Assembly (NCBI GenBank): GCA_963751505.1 | Contig: CAVVUM010000011.1 | Location: 8,989-72,988 of the forward strand | Direction: 5' to 3' | Length of the DNA: 64,000 nt | From: an uncultured Coriobacteriia bacterium | GTDB lineage: Bacteria > Actinomycetota > Coriobacteriia > Anaerosomatales > PHET01 | Part shown: one piece after another, positions 8,378 to 20,685 of the stretch | Numbering within the stretch: the stretch's first letter is position 1 | How the letters are laid out: each line of letters opens with the position of its first letter | Program-made: the position numbers and the translations under genes | The notes under the pieces: generated by a model | Database searches by the model: none | What the model saw: the letters and a program-made list of their open reading frames with translations, nothing else | Told to the model about the DNA's origin: nothing

Positions 8378-10449
8378 CTAGTGCCCCTCGGCACGCTCCT
8401 TCTGGTACGCCTCGACGAGCTTCTTCTGCACGTCGCCCGGTACCTGCTCGTAGCCGGTCGATCGAGATCGTGTACGACCCGGTGCCGCTCGTGATCGAGC
8501 GCAGGTGCGGCGAGTAGTGCACGACCTCGGCGTAGGGCGCCTGGGCGCGGATCACCTGGACGCCGGGCGCGGGGGCGTCCATGCCGAGCACGCGTCCGCG
8601 GATCGACGAGATGTCGCCCATGACGGCGCCGGCGTAGGCGTCGGGTACCTCGATCTCGAGCGTGGCGATCGGCTCGAGGATGACCGGATCGGCCTTCTCG
8701 GCGGCGGCGCGGAAGCCGATGCGAGCGGCGGTCTTGAACGCCATCTCGTTGCTGTCGACAGCGTGCATCGAGCCGTCGTACACGGCGACCTTCACGTCCT
8801 GGACCGGATAGCCGGCGATCGCGCCGGAGGCCATGGTGTCTTGAACGCCCTTGTCGATCGCGACGATGTAGGGCTTCGAGATCTTGCCGCCGACGATCTC
8901 GTCCTTGAACTCGTAGCCTCCGCCCGGGTTCGGCTCGATGCGCAGCCAGCAGTCCGCGAACTGCCCGGATCCGCCGGTCTGCTTCTTGTGCCGACCCTGG
9001 GCCTGCGCCGTCTTGCGGATCGGTCTCGCGATAGGGGATGCGCAGCTCGGCGAGCTCGGCCTCGACGTGGAAGCGGTCGTGGAGCCGCGAGATCACGACG
9101 TCGACGGCGGTGTCGCCCATCGCGGCGAGCACCGTCTGGTGCGTCTCCTCGTCGCGCCGCAGCACCAGGCACGGGTCCTCGTCCACGATGCCCTTGAGGG
9201 CGGTGCCGAGCTTGTCCTCGTCCGCCTTGGTCTTGGCGACGATCGCGACCGGGTAGAGCGGCTCGGGCAGGGGCAGCGGGCTGAACTCGACGCCGCCCTT
9301 GGCCGACAGCGTGTCGTTCGTGAGGACGTCGCCGAGCTTGGTGAGCACGGCGATGTCGCCGGCGGGCGAGCCATCGACGTCGGCGGTCTCCTTGCCGGTC
9401 ATCTTGAAGACGTGGGCGATGCGCTCCTTCTTGCCGGTGCGGGAGTTCACGAGCTCGGTGCCGGGCGTCAGCGTGCCGGAGACGACCTTCACGAAGTTGA
9501 TGCGACCGACGTAGGGGTCGCTCATGCGTCTTGAAGACGTGAGCGCTGACGTCGCCCGCGGTCGAGAACGGGACCTCTTCGCCGTCGACGGTGTGCATCG
9601 GACCGTGCGCGGTGGGCTCGGGGAAGAAGGTGACGATCTCGTCCATGAGGTCCTCGACGCCCTGCAGCATCGCGGCGGAGCCGACGAAGACCGGGATGAC
9701 CTTGGACTCGGCGATCGCCAGTCCGAGCAGCTTCTCGAGGTCCTCCTGCGTGAGCGGCTCGCCCTCGAGGTACTTCATCATGAGCTCGTCGTCGGCCTCG
9801 GCCGTCTTGTCGGCGAGCTGCTCGCGCGCGCTCTCGGCGGCGGCGACAAGTCGGCGGGGATCTCGTCCATGTGCTCGCCGTCGGCCTCGTGGTGGTAGGC
9901 CTTCATGCGGATGATGTCGACGACGCCGTGGAAGTCGGCCTCGGCGCCCATCGGCAGCTGCACGGGCACCACGCGGTCGCCGAACTTCGCGGTGAGCGCG
10001 GCCATGGCGGCGTCGAAGTCGGCGTGCTCCTTGTCGAGGCGGTTGATGAAGACCGCGCGGGCGATGCCCATCTCGCCGGCGATCTTCCAGAGCCGCTCGG
10101 TCTGGACCTGGGGGCCGGCGACGGCGTCGACCACGAAGAGCGCCATCTCGGCGGCCTCCATGCCGGCGATCGCGTCGCCGATGAAGTCCGCGTAGCCGGG
10201 CGTGTCGATGATGTTGATCTTCACGCCGTCGTGAACGACGGGGGCGAGCGCGAGGTTGATGGTGAACTGGCGCTTGATCTCCTCGGCCTCGTAGTCGAGG
10301 TTCGAGTGCCCGTCGTCGACCGTGCCGAGCCGCTTCGTCGCGCCGGAGAGGTGAAGCATCGCCTCGGCGAAGGAGGTCTTGCCCGCACCGCCGTGGCCGA
10401 CGAGGACGACGTTGCGGATCTTCTCAGTGCTTGGTGCTCCCAAGGACAT
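8378..10449 (-). CDS. Elongation factor G paralog (EF-G2-like translational GTPase). Four frame breaks (~9858, ~9526, ~9032, ~8465).
   Basis: G1 VVLVGHGGAGKTSFAEAML, DTPGYADF, INRLDK. Stitched from ORFs 9778..10449, 8792..9781, 8347..9525 and 8190..8834. RHKKQTGGSGQFADCWLRIEP. C-terminus YEQVPGDVQKKLVEAYQKERAEGH. The N-terminus resembles Thermus EF-G2 rather than canonical FusA (AHIDAGKTT). Confidence 0.85.
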
Positions 10450-10571
10450 CGCCTCCTACGTAGGATACGCGCGACGCACCGGTGGTCACGCGATCGAAGC
10501 GGAGCGCTTCTTCGGCCCCGCGGGTCCTTGGCGCAACAGTCTACTCCTTCATCGCGCTACACTCGCAGTCC

Positions 10572-10600
10572 TTATCACGGAGGCGGGCGGCTGGTAGAAT
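10572..10600 (+). promoter_or_regulatory. Promoter with extended -10 (TGGTAGAAT) for the cyclophilin gene.
   Basis: TTATCA (10572-10577), 17 nt, TAGAAT (10595-10600) preceded by TGG. RBS aaggagg at 10644-10650. Confidence 0.55.
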
Positions 10601-10662
10601 CCCGTGGAATGCTGTCAGCAACCGGCGCTCGCGCAGCACGCCCAAGGAGGGCACACCCGCAC

Positions 10663-11402
10663 ATGACTTCTCGCTCCCGATCGATTCTCATCGTCGTGCT
10701 CGCCGTCGCGTTCCTGGCTCTCGTGGGTCTGGCGGGCTGCGGCTCAGACGCCGCGGAGCCCGCGCAGCCGAAGACCGAGGACGCTGCCGGCGCCGCCGGA
10801 GCCGAAGGCAGCCGAGGAGAGCCAGACTGCGGAAGAGCAGTCGGCACCCACTGAAGGAGGGCGAGTTGTACCAGCCCGCGTACAAGCCCAACGGTGACGA
10901 GAAGGCGGTCATCAAGACGAGCAAGGGCGACATCACGCTCGTGCTGTTCGGCAAGGACGCGCCGATCCACGTCGGCAACTTCGTCGAGCTCGCCCAGAAG
11001 GGCTTCTACGACGACACGAAGTTCCACCGCTACGTCGAGGGCTTCGTGGTCCAGGGCGGCGACCCGGACACGCGTGAAGCCACGGCCGATGAGGTGAAGG
11101 CCGAGGCGGCCAAGGGCGATGGCGGCGGCCGGTTCGGCGTCGGGGGCCCCGGCTACATGATCAAGGGCGAGTTCGATCCCCAGAAGAACCCGAACAAGCA
11201 CGAGTTGGGGTCGGTCGGCATGGCGCGCAGCATGGACCCGAACTCCGCGGGCTCCCAGTTCTACTTCTCGCTTCAGCCGCTGCCTCAGCTCGACGGCCAG
11301 TACACGGTCTTCGCCAAGGTGAGCGAGGGACGTGACGTGATGGAGAAGCTCCGCGCCGGCGACGTGATCGAGTCCGTCAAGATCCTCAACGCTTCGAAGT
11401 AG
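10663..11402 (+). CDS. Peptidyl-prolyl cis-trans isomerase, cyclophilin type, lipoprotein. Frame breaks ~10800-10850.
   Basis: Signal peptide and lipobox MTSRSRSILIVVLAVAFLALVGLAGC. Cyclophilin core ITLVLFGKDAPIHVGNFVELAQKGFYDDTKFHRYVEGFVVQGGDP...GSVGMARSMDPNSAGSQFYF (ORF 10482..11402). Confidence 0.9.
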
Positions 11403-11415
11403 GCGCGATCTGACC

Positions 11416-12783
11416 GTGGACCAGGCCAAGTTCCAGGAGGCGCAGCAGGCGTACGACGCCGGTGACTTCCGCACCGCCGCGAAGGGCTTCCTCGCGGCCG
11501 CGGGGCGCGGGTCCGAGGGCAACGGCGCCGCCTACCACATGGCGGGCAACGCGCTCATGCGCCTGCGCCGCTACTCGGACGCGGTGACCGTCTACGGTCA
11601 CGCGCTGCGCGACGAGACCTACGAGAAGCGCGGCGTCGCGTACGCGAACCTCGGCGCGGCGTACAAGGCGCTCGGCGAGCTCTCGGAGTCGATCACCGCC
11701 TACGAGGCGGCGCTCGAGGAGCCCGGCTACCCGTACGCCGTACAAGGCGCTGCAGGGCATCGCCGCGGCGCAGCTCGATCGCGGGCGCGTCGAAGAGGCG
11801 GCCGGCGCGTTCAGGCGGGCCGCGCTCGAAGAGGGCAACCCGATCCCGGCAAGGCGCTGGTCAACCTCGGCCTGTGCTTCATGGCTCTCGGGCGCCCGGC
11901 GGACGCGGTCGATGCCTACCAGGCGGCGCTCGGCTTCGACGACTACGAGGGCCGGGGCAAGGCGCTTGCCAACCTCGGGCAGGCCTACATCGCGCTCGGC
12001 AGGTACGACGACGCGGCCAAGGCGTTCGAGAAGGCGACACGGCTGCACGGTCACAAGCTCTCTGAGGCCGCCGAGGCGGCCTACGCCACGGCGCTCGCAT
12101 CGCGGACCTCCGTTGCCGAGCAGGTCGAGGGGTGGGAGACCGGGGAGATGCCCCCGGCGATCACTCGGCGAGCGGCGGCGAAGGCTGGAACACCGGCGAG
12201 CTCGCGGCGCTCGGTGCGGTCGGCGACGCGGCGGAGACGGTCCCGGCCACCGGTGTCCAGGAGGCCGATCACGCCGCGGAGGCGCTCGGGTTCGGTGACG
12301 AGCAGGCCGTGAGCGACTTCTTCTCGCGCAGCGAAGATGACATGAAGCAGCGCGACCGCGAGGCGCGCCGCGCCGAGCGCGGCGACGCGACTCAACAAGC
12401 AGTCACGCATAGCGATCCTGATCGGCTCGGCGATCGTCGGGCTGATGCTGGTGCTCGGCGTCGCGTACCTCGCGGGCCTCGGGTGGCCGACGCAGCGGTC
12501 GACGGTGAACGGGATGCTCGTCGCCTACTCGAAGGGCGAGCCGGTCGAGAAGTACTGGGTCGCCGTGCCCGAGGGCGACGTCGCGCGCGAGATGGCGAAG
12601 GTCCCCCCGGTGGAGAAGTTCACGATCGACGAGGTCGATCGCGGGCGCGACTCCTCCGCGGTCGCCGTGACCGTGACCCCGCGTGAGGGCGGCACGATGC
12701 GCTACGTGGTCCGCCTCTCCCGCGAGGGAGTGGGCTGGCAAGTGAACGGGCTCGACAACAACTGGCGTTCGACGGGAGGGTGA
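11416..12783 (+). CDS. TPR-repeat protein with a C-terminal transmembrane helix and a ~100-aa extracytoplasmic domain. About 4 frame breaks (~11740, ~11843, ~12150, ~12385).
   Basis: TPR-like units: AAYHMAGNALMRLRRYSDAVTVYGHAL, VAYANLGAAYKALGELSESITAYEAAL, ALVNLGLCFMALGRPADAVDAYQAAL, ALANLGQAYIALGRYDDAAKAFEKA. TM helix IAILIGSAIVGLMLVLGVAYLAGL. Tail in ORF 12445..12783. Confidence 0.7.
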
Positions 12784-12821
12784 GGCCTTCGCGCTTCGCC
12801 CGCACAACGAAGGGACGGATC

Positions 12822-13226
12822 GTGGATCAGCGGACGTACGTGATGATCAAGCCGGACGCGGTGAGCCGCGGCCTTGTCGGCCGCATCGTCGCGCGGTTCG
12901 AGGACACCGGCCTTACGATCGAGCGCATCGAGCTCGGTGTCGTCACCGCCGAGGAGGCCGCGGCGAACTACGCGGAGCACGAGGGCAAGCCGTTCTACGA
13001 GGGCCTCATCGACTACATCACGTCCGGTCCGGTCGTGAAGATGGTCATCTCGGGGCCGGAGGCCGTGAGGGTCTGCCGCAAGCTCATGGGCGCGACCAAC
13101 CCTGCCGAGGCGGCGCCGGGCACCATTCGCGGCGACTTCGGTCTCGTGCTCGACGCCAACGTGATCCACGGTTCCGACTCGCCCGAGTCGGCCGAGCGAG
13201 AGATCGCGATCTTCTTCGGCGACTAG
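12822..13226 (+). CDS. ndk: Nucleoside-diphosphate kinase.
   Basis: GTG 12822 within ORF 12780..13226. RTYVMIKPDAV, GPVVKMVISG, GATNPAEAAPGTIRGDFG, NVIHGSDS. Intact. Confidence 0.9.
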   Translation: MDQRTYVMIKPDAVSRGLVGRIVARFEDTGLTIERIELGVVTAEEAAANYAEHEGKPFYEGLIDYITSGPVVKMVISGPEAVRVCRKLMGATNPAEAAPGTIRGDFGLVLDANVIHGSDSPESAEREIAIFFGD

Positions 13227-13315
13227 CCACCGCCGGAGTCTGCGGCGCTGTCGCAGCCCTGTTCGTCTCGCGTCCGTACCCCACGGACGCACCTGCCTGG
13301 GAGCAAGGGGACCAC

Positions 13316-14343
13316 ATGTTCTTCCGCGTGATGGACAAGTCACGCCTGCCCGACCTCGTGCGCGGCTTGGCCGCGAAGTACGAGGTCGTCGGGCCGGTGG
13401 CGAAGGGCGATGCGTTCGTCTTCGCGCAGATCGAGGACCCGTCCGAACTTCGGCTCGACTACGACACGACGATCCTGCCGCCGAAGAAGTACTTCGTGCC
13501 TCAGCGCGAGGAGCTGATGCGCTTCAACACGGCGAACGGGAGCGTGACCGCACGACGGGGTGCAGTCGCCGCCGCGCGTGCTCTTCGGCCTGCACCCGTG
13601 CGACATCAACGCGCTGATGCTGATGGACAACGTGTTCCTCGGCGACTACGAGGACCCGTACTACAAGGCGCGCCGAGAGAACACGCTGCTCGTCGGCGTG
13701 AGCTGCACGCCGCAGCGGAGTGCTTCTGCAACGCGTGGGGGACCGACGAGGTGCACTGGGGCTTCGACATCTTCCTCTCCGACCTCGGGGACCGCTACTT
13801 CGTGTCGGTGCGGTCGGTGAAGGGCGCCGAGCTGCTCGACGAGTCCGTCGAGACGCGCGAGGCCACCGCCGAGGACACCGCCGAGTTCCAGGCGCGTGAC
13901 GCACGCGTTCAAGGAGTCCTTCTCGGCGGAGGTCGACACCGCGCAGCTGCCGCTGCTGCTCGACGCCAAGTTCAGCGACGCGATCTGGGACGAGCTCGGA
14001 GAGCAGTGCCTGTCGTGCGGCGCCTGCTCGATGGTGTGCCCGACGTGCTACTGCTTCGACGTGAAGGACGACCTCGACGCCCGACGGCGAGGAGCGGCGC
14101 GCGCGTGCGCGTCTGGGACTAGCTGCCAGTTCTCCGAGTTCGCCGAGGTGGCGCACGGGCACAACTTCCGCGACAGCCGAGCGAGCCGGGTGAAGTACCG
14201 CTACTACCACAAGCAGTGGGGCTACCTCTCCAAGTTCGAGCGCGTGCTGTGCGTCGGCTGCGGCCGCTGCGAGCGGGCCTGCAAGGCGGGCATCAGCCCG
14301 CGCGTCGTCATCGAGGCACTGCAGGGGGGTGCGCAGCCGATGA
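13316..14343 (+). CDS. hydB: [NiFe]-hydrogenase (sulfhydrogenase / group 3b type) beta subunit, Fe-S protein (AsrA-like). At least 6 frame breaks.
   Basis: Stitched: LFGLHPCDINALMLMDNVF, AECFCNAWG, CLSCGACSMVCPTCYCFDV, RVWDSCQFSEFAEVAHGHNFRD, CVGCGRCERACKAGI. Order and motifs match P. furiosus HydB from memory. The end is inferred from the ATGA overlap if the G6 run at 14324-14329 is really G5. Confidence 0.75.
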
Positions 14344-15213
14344 GCAGCGCGAGCACGGCCAACGCCTACCGCAGGCTCAAGGCGAACCCCTATCGTCCCT
14401 GGCCGGCGCGCATCACGTCGATCACCGACCTCACCGACAAGGAGAAGCTCTTCGAGTTGCGGCTGATCGACGAGGACGTTCGCGAGGCGTTCGACTTCGA
14501 CGCCGGGCCAGTTCGTCGAGCTGTCGATCTTCGGCGTGGGCGAGGCGCCGATCTCGATCTCCTCGGCGCCGTCGAAGCAGGGCTTCATCGAGCTGTGCGT
14601 GCGTAACGCCGGCGACGTCACGCGGCGCGCTCCACGCTCGAGCAGTGCGGCGACATCGTGGGGCTGCGCGGCCCGTTCGGGCGCGGGTTCCCGTTCGAGG
14701 CAGATGAAGGGCCACGACGTGCTGCTCGTCGCCGGCGGCCTCGGCATCGCGCCGCTGAAGTCCCTGATCAACCACATCCACGACGAGCGCCACGACTTCG
14801 GCAAGGTGACGATCCTGCTACGGCGTCCAAGAACCCGGCCGAGGTGCTCTTCCGCCAGCAGTTCGACATGTGGCGGCACCGCGAGGACTTCGACCTGATG
14901 ATGACCGTCGACGAGCCCGACGCGACGTGGGACGGCGAGGTCGGACTGGTGACGCGGCTGTTCGAGAGCATCGAGCGTCGATCCCGGCAACACCTACGGC
15001 GCGATCTGCGGACCGCCCGTCATGTACAAGTTCGTCATCGACGAGATGCGCAAGAAGGAGATGGACGTCGACCGCATCTACGTGAGCTTCGAGCGCCGCA
15101 TGAAGTGCGGCATCGGCAAGTGCGGGCACTGCGGCGTCGGCCACCAGTACGCCTGTATCGACGGGCCGGTCTTCAACTACTGGGAAGCGATGAACCTGCA
15201 GGAGGCGATCTAG
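14340..15213 (+). CDS. hydG: Hydrogenase gamma subunit (FAD/NAD(P)-binding oxidoreductase with 2Fe-2S, AsrB-like). About 6-7 frame breaks.
   Basis: MSSASTANAYRRLKANPYRPWPARITSITDLTDKEKLFELR, GQFVELSIFGVGEAPISISS, LRGPFGRGFPFE, LLVAGGLGIAPLKS, ERRMKCGIGKCGHCGVGHQYACIDGPVF. Collinear with P. furiosus HydG from memory. Confidence 0.8.
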
Positions 15214-15969
15214 ATGGCGCCGCGCGTGGTCGTCATCGGCCTCGCCAGCGACTTCGGCTGCCAGGTCCAGATGACCAACATGGAGGACGACCTGCTCGCC
15301 GTCTCGGGCACGATCGAGCTGTCGTACTGGCAGCTCGCCTCCAGCGGGCACATGCCCGCCGAGTACGACGTCGCGATCATCGAGGGCGCCGTCACGACCG
15401 ATGGAGCACGTCGAGCTCCTCAAGAAGGTGCGCGACGTCGCCTCGACGGTCATCGCGATCGGCGCGTGCGCGGTCACCGGCGGCATCCCGGCGCTCGCTG
15501 GCGTCGGGGCACTCGAGACGCACGTGGAGCGCGTCTACGGCGACGGACGGCCGCCTCGTCGCCGGCGGACGCATCGCACCCGCTGCCGGTCGACTGCGGT
15601 CATCGACGTCGACTACCGCGTGCCCGGCTGCCCGATCGAGCCCGAGGAGTTCGTGCGACGCTCCAGCGCGCCTGATGGGCCTGTCGGACCGACGCCGACC
15701 GCGAGCCGATGTGCGCGGCGTGCAAGATGGCCGGAGAACAGTCTGCTTCTACGAGACGGACGTCGTGTGTCTCGGCCTCGTCACCCGGAGCGGGTGCGGC
15801 GCCAAGTGCGTGTCGCTCGGCCGGCCGTGCACGGGCTGCCGCGGGATCGCCGACGACGCCAACCTGGCCGCCGCCGAGGACCTGCTTCGAGCGGCAGGGC
15901 CTGCGCGTCGAGCGAGCTCTCGCGGCGTGTTCGAGCTCTACAACTCACATGACGGAGGTAGCTCGGTGA
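15214..15969 (+). CDS. hydD: Hydrogenase delta (small) subunit. About 5 frame breaks; the 3' end is uncertain.
   Basis: MAPRVVVIGLASDFGCQVQMTNMEDDLL, DVAIIEGAVTT, VIAIGACAVTGGIPA, VIDVDYRVPGCPIEPEEF, CLGLVTRSGCGAKCVSLGRPCTGCRG, FELYNSHDGG. A GTGA overlap with the hydA start is expected. Confidence 0.75.
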
Positions 15970-17233
15970 GCACGCTCACCGTCGAGCACGTCGCCCGCAT
16001 CGAGGGCCACGGCACCATCACGGTCGAGCGTCGAGGGGGGCGAGGTCCGCGAGGTCCGCATGGACGTCGTCGAACCCGCGCGGCTCTTCGAGTCGATGGT
16101 CGTGGGCCGCCGTTTCGACGAGGCGCCGCTCATCACGAGCCGCATCTGCGGCATCTGCTCGCCCAACCACGCGGTCACGTCGCATCAAGGCGCTCGAGGC
16201 GGCGCTCGGCGTCGAGGTGTCCGAGCGCACGGTCATGCTGCGCGAGCTCCTGCTGTACGGCAGCTACCTGCAGAACCACGCGACGCACCTGTACATCTTC
16301 GCCGCGCCCGACTACGTCGGCCAGCCGAGCGTGCTTCCCGCTCGCGGAGACGCAGCCCGAGGTCGTCGAGCGGGCGCTGCGCATCAAGAAGCTCGGCAAC
16401 GACCTCACCACGCTCGTCGGCGGTCGTTCGGTCCACCCGATCACCGCGGTGGTCGGCGGGTTCGCGTCCGAGCCCGACCGCCGAGACCTCGCTGCCATCG
16501 CAGAGCGCCTGCACGCTGCGGCCGGCGACGCGGCCGCGACCGTGGAGCTGTTCGCCGGCTTCGAGACGCCGGACTTCGCGACGGAGGGCGAGATGCTGGC
16601 GCTCACGAGCGCGCGACGACTACGCGATCTACGATGGCGACGTGTGCGCGCTCGACGCCGGGTGGTGCAGGCCCGCCGGCGAGTACCGGGAGTTCGTCAC
16701 CGAGACGGTCGTGTCGCACAGCAACGCGAAGCACTCGACCGTCGACGGCCGCACGTTCCTGGTGGGCGCGCTGTCTCGCGTGAACCTGTCGTGGGACTCA
16801 GCTTCTGCCCGCGGCGCGCGTCGTCGCGAGCAAGGCGGGCCTCCGCCCCGTCGTCGCGCAACACCTTCCCCAACAACCTGTGCCAGGCCGTCGAGCTCGT
16901 CGACGCTGCGGAGCGGTGCGCGCTCCTGTGCGAGCCGCTCCTTGCCGACAGGGGCGACAGCGCGCCCGTCCGCTATCGGATTCGGGCCGGTTCGGGCATC
17001 TCGGCGACCGAGGCGCCGCGCGGGACGCTCTACCACCGCTAGCATCGACGACGACGGCGTCGTGACCGGCGGGAGACGTCATCACGCCGACCGCGCAGAA
17101 CCTCGCGAACCTCGAGGCGGACATGCGGCGTTCGCGCCACTGGTCGCGGATCTGCCGCGAGACGAGTTCGTGCTGGCGATCGAGAAGCTGGTGCAGGGCG
17201 TACGACCCGTGCCTTTCCTGCGCCGTGCACTAG
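15966..17233 (+). CDS. hydA: Hydrogenase alpha (large, [NiFe]) subunit. About 7 frame breaks. Ends at the C-terminal metal-site His.
   Basis: GTG 15966, RBS gacggagg. VEHVARIEGHG, N-terminal site RICGICSPNHAVTS, ATEAPRGTLYH. C-terminal site: removing the a at 17195 gives EKLVRAYDPCLSCAVH followed directly by TAG 17231-17233. Confidence 0.85.
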
Positions 17234-17373
17234 AGCACGCTGCCGGGCCCGCTCGGCCACCGCCGGGCACCTTAACGCCGAGCCGGCACCTGCAGGGCAA
17301 GCGGTCAGTAAGGTTCGGGCAAGGCGGTCGTGAAACCGTGGAGCCGTCGTTCGCTTCGGAAGGCGGTTCCTCG

Positions 17374-18030
17374 ATGACTCCACGCGCCCCCAGTCTCTGT
17401 CGTCCGAGAGAGCTGCTCCTGACCGGTCAACCCTACGCCGTCTCCGACGAGGGACTCCTGAGCGTGCTGGTCGGCGGGGGTGGTACGGCCCGGGTGAGCG
17501 CGCTGCTGGGAGACGACGCCGTGGCCGGACTCTGGACGGTGTCCGCCGACGACCTGGTGGCGCTCGAGGGGTTGGGACCCGCGACCGCGGCGCGGCTGCT
17601 CGCGTGCGTCGAGTTCAGCCGTCGCGCAGGCTCGCGATCCGGCGGCGACAAGCCGGCCATCTCCACACCCGAGGACGTGGTGGCGGTCTGCGGTTCGCAG
17701 CTGCGCGGACTGGACCGCGAGCACTTCTGGACGCTCGCGCTCAACACGAAGAACCAGCTCGTGCGCATCATCGAGGTCTCGGTCGGCTCCCTGAACGCGT
17801 CGATCGTGCATCCGCGCGAGCTGTTCAAAGACGCCGTACGCGTCTCGGCGGCCTCGATCGTCGTCGTCCACAACCATCCGAGCGGCGATCCGACACCCTC
17901 CGGCGCGGACATCCAGCTCACGCGACGGCTCGTGAAGGCGGGCGACGTGCTCGGCATCGAGGTGCTCGACCACGTCGTCATCGGGGACGGCGGGGCGCAC
18001 GCGAGCCTGCGCGACCTGGGGATGATGTAG
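17374..18030 (+). CDS. radC: RadC-family JAMM/MPN domain protein.
   Basis: Tail of ORF 16060..18030 from ATG 17374. HhH-like LEGLGPATAARLLA; JAMM motif VVVHNHPSGDPTPSGADIQLTRRL. Intact. Confidence 0.85.
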   Translation: MTPRAPSLCRPRELLLTGQPYAVSDEGLLSVLVGGGGTARVSALLGDDAVAGLWTVSADDLVALEGLGPATAARLLACVEFSRRAGSRSGGDKPAISTPEDVVAVCGSQLRGLDREHFWTLALNTKNQLVRIIEVSVGSLNASIVHPRELFKDAVRVSAASIVVVHNHPSGDPTPSGADIQLTRRLVKAGDVLGIEVLDHVVIGDGGAHASLRDLGMM

Positions 18031-18098
18031 TGCGCACGCAGCCCGGACTGCGGTGCAGTCGGCTCTGACGTGCTGTGCTACACTTCCTGCGTTGCACG

Positions 18099-20105
<2,007 letters not shown>

Positions 20106-20109
<4 letters not shown>

Positions 20110-20626
20110 TGAGCAGGAAGTGGATCGTGACCGCGGTCGCCGTGTTGATCGCCGCGCTGCTGCAGGCGGGACTCGCGCCCTATCTCGCGATCGGCGGGGT
20201 CGTGCCCAACTTGCTGCTCCTCGTCGTCATCACGCTCGCCCTGATCGAAGGGCCCGGCGCCGGGCGCGACGGCGGGTTTCGCAGCCGGCCTCATCTTCGA
20301 CCTGCTGGGCACCGGACCGGTCGGGCCCGATGGCGCTCGTGCTCACGACGACCGGCTACCTGGCGGGTCTGCTGCACGAGCAGATGTTCGCCGAGGGCTG
20401 GTTGCTGCCGCTCACGGTGCTTGCGGTCGCGGCTCTGCTGAGCGAGATCGCCTACGGCGTGATACTGATCGTGCTTGGGGAGGGCGGAGCGTTCTGGTCG
20501 GGGTTCGCGGGCAAGATGCTCCCGGGCGCCATCTACAACATCGCGCTGGCGGTCTTGATCTACCCGTGGTTGGCTCGCTTCTTGCGAAGTGACCGCCCTG
20601 TGACGACCCTGCGCCGGCTCGCCTGA
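20106..20626 (+). CDS. mreD: Rod-shape protein MreD. Two +1 breaks (~20265, ~20325).
   Basis: Position after mreC (4-nt overlap). Multi-TM: VPNLLLLVVITLALIEGP, TAGFAAGLIFDLLGTGPVGP, MALVLTTTGYLAG. Confidence 0.7.
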
Positions 20627-20685
20627 CGCGGGCCGTCTTGTCGTACTTCCTGGGAGCAACGTGACCCTCGTTCGCGGACATAGCG

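Noticed and set aside
14658-17042. The longest ORF in the track (794 aa, plus strand), spanning hydG, hydD and hydA.
   Set aside because: Most of its translation is Arg/Pro/Ala-rich nonsense. It coincides with real hydrogenase sequence only in patches (for example PLAETQPEVVERALRIKKLGNDL). It exists because stop codons are rare in off-frames of GC-rich DNA and because indels splice true and false frames together. It is not a gene in its own right.
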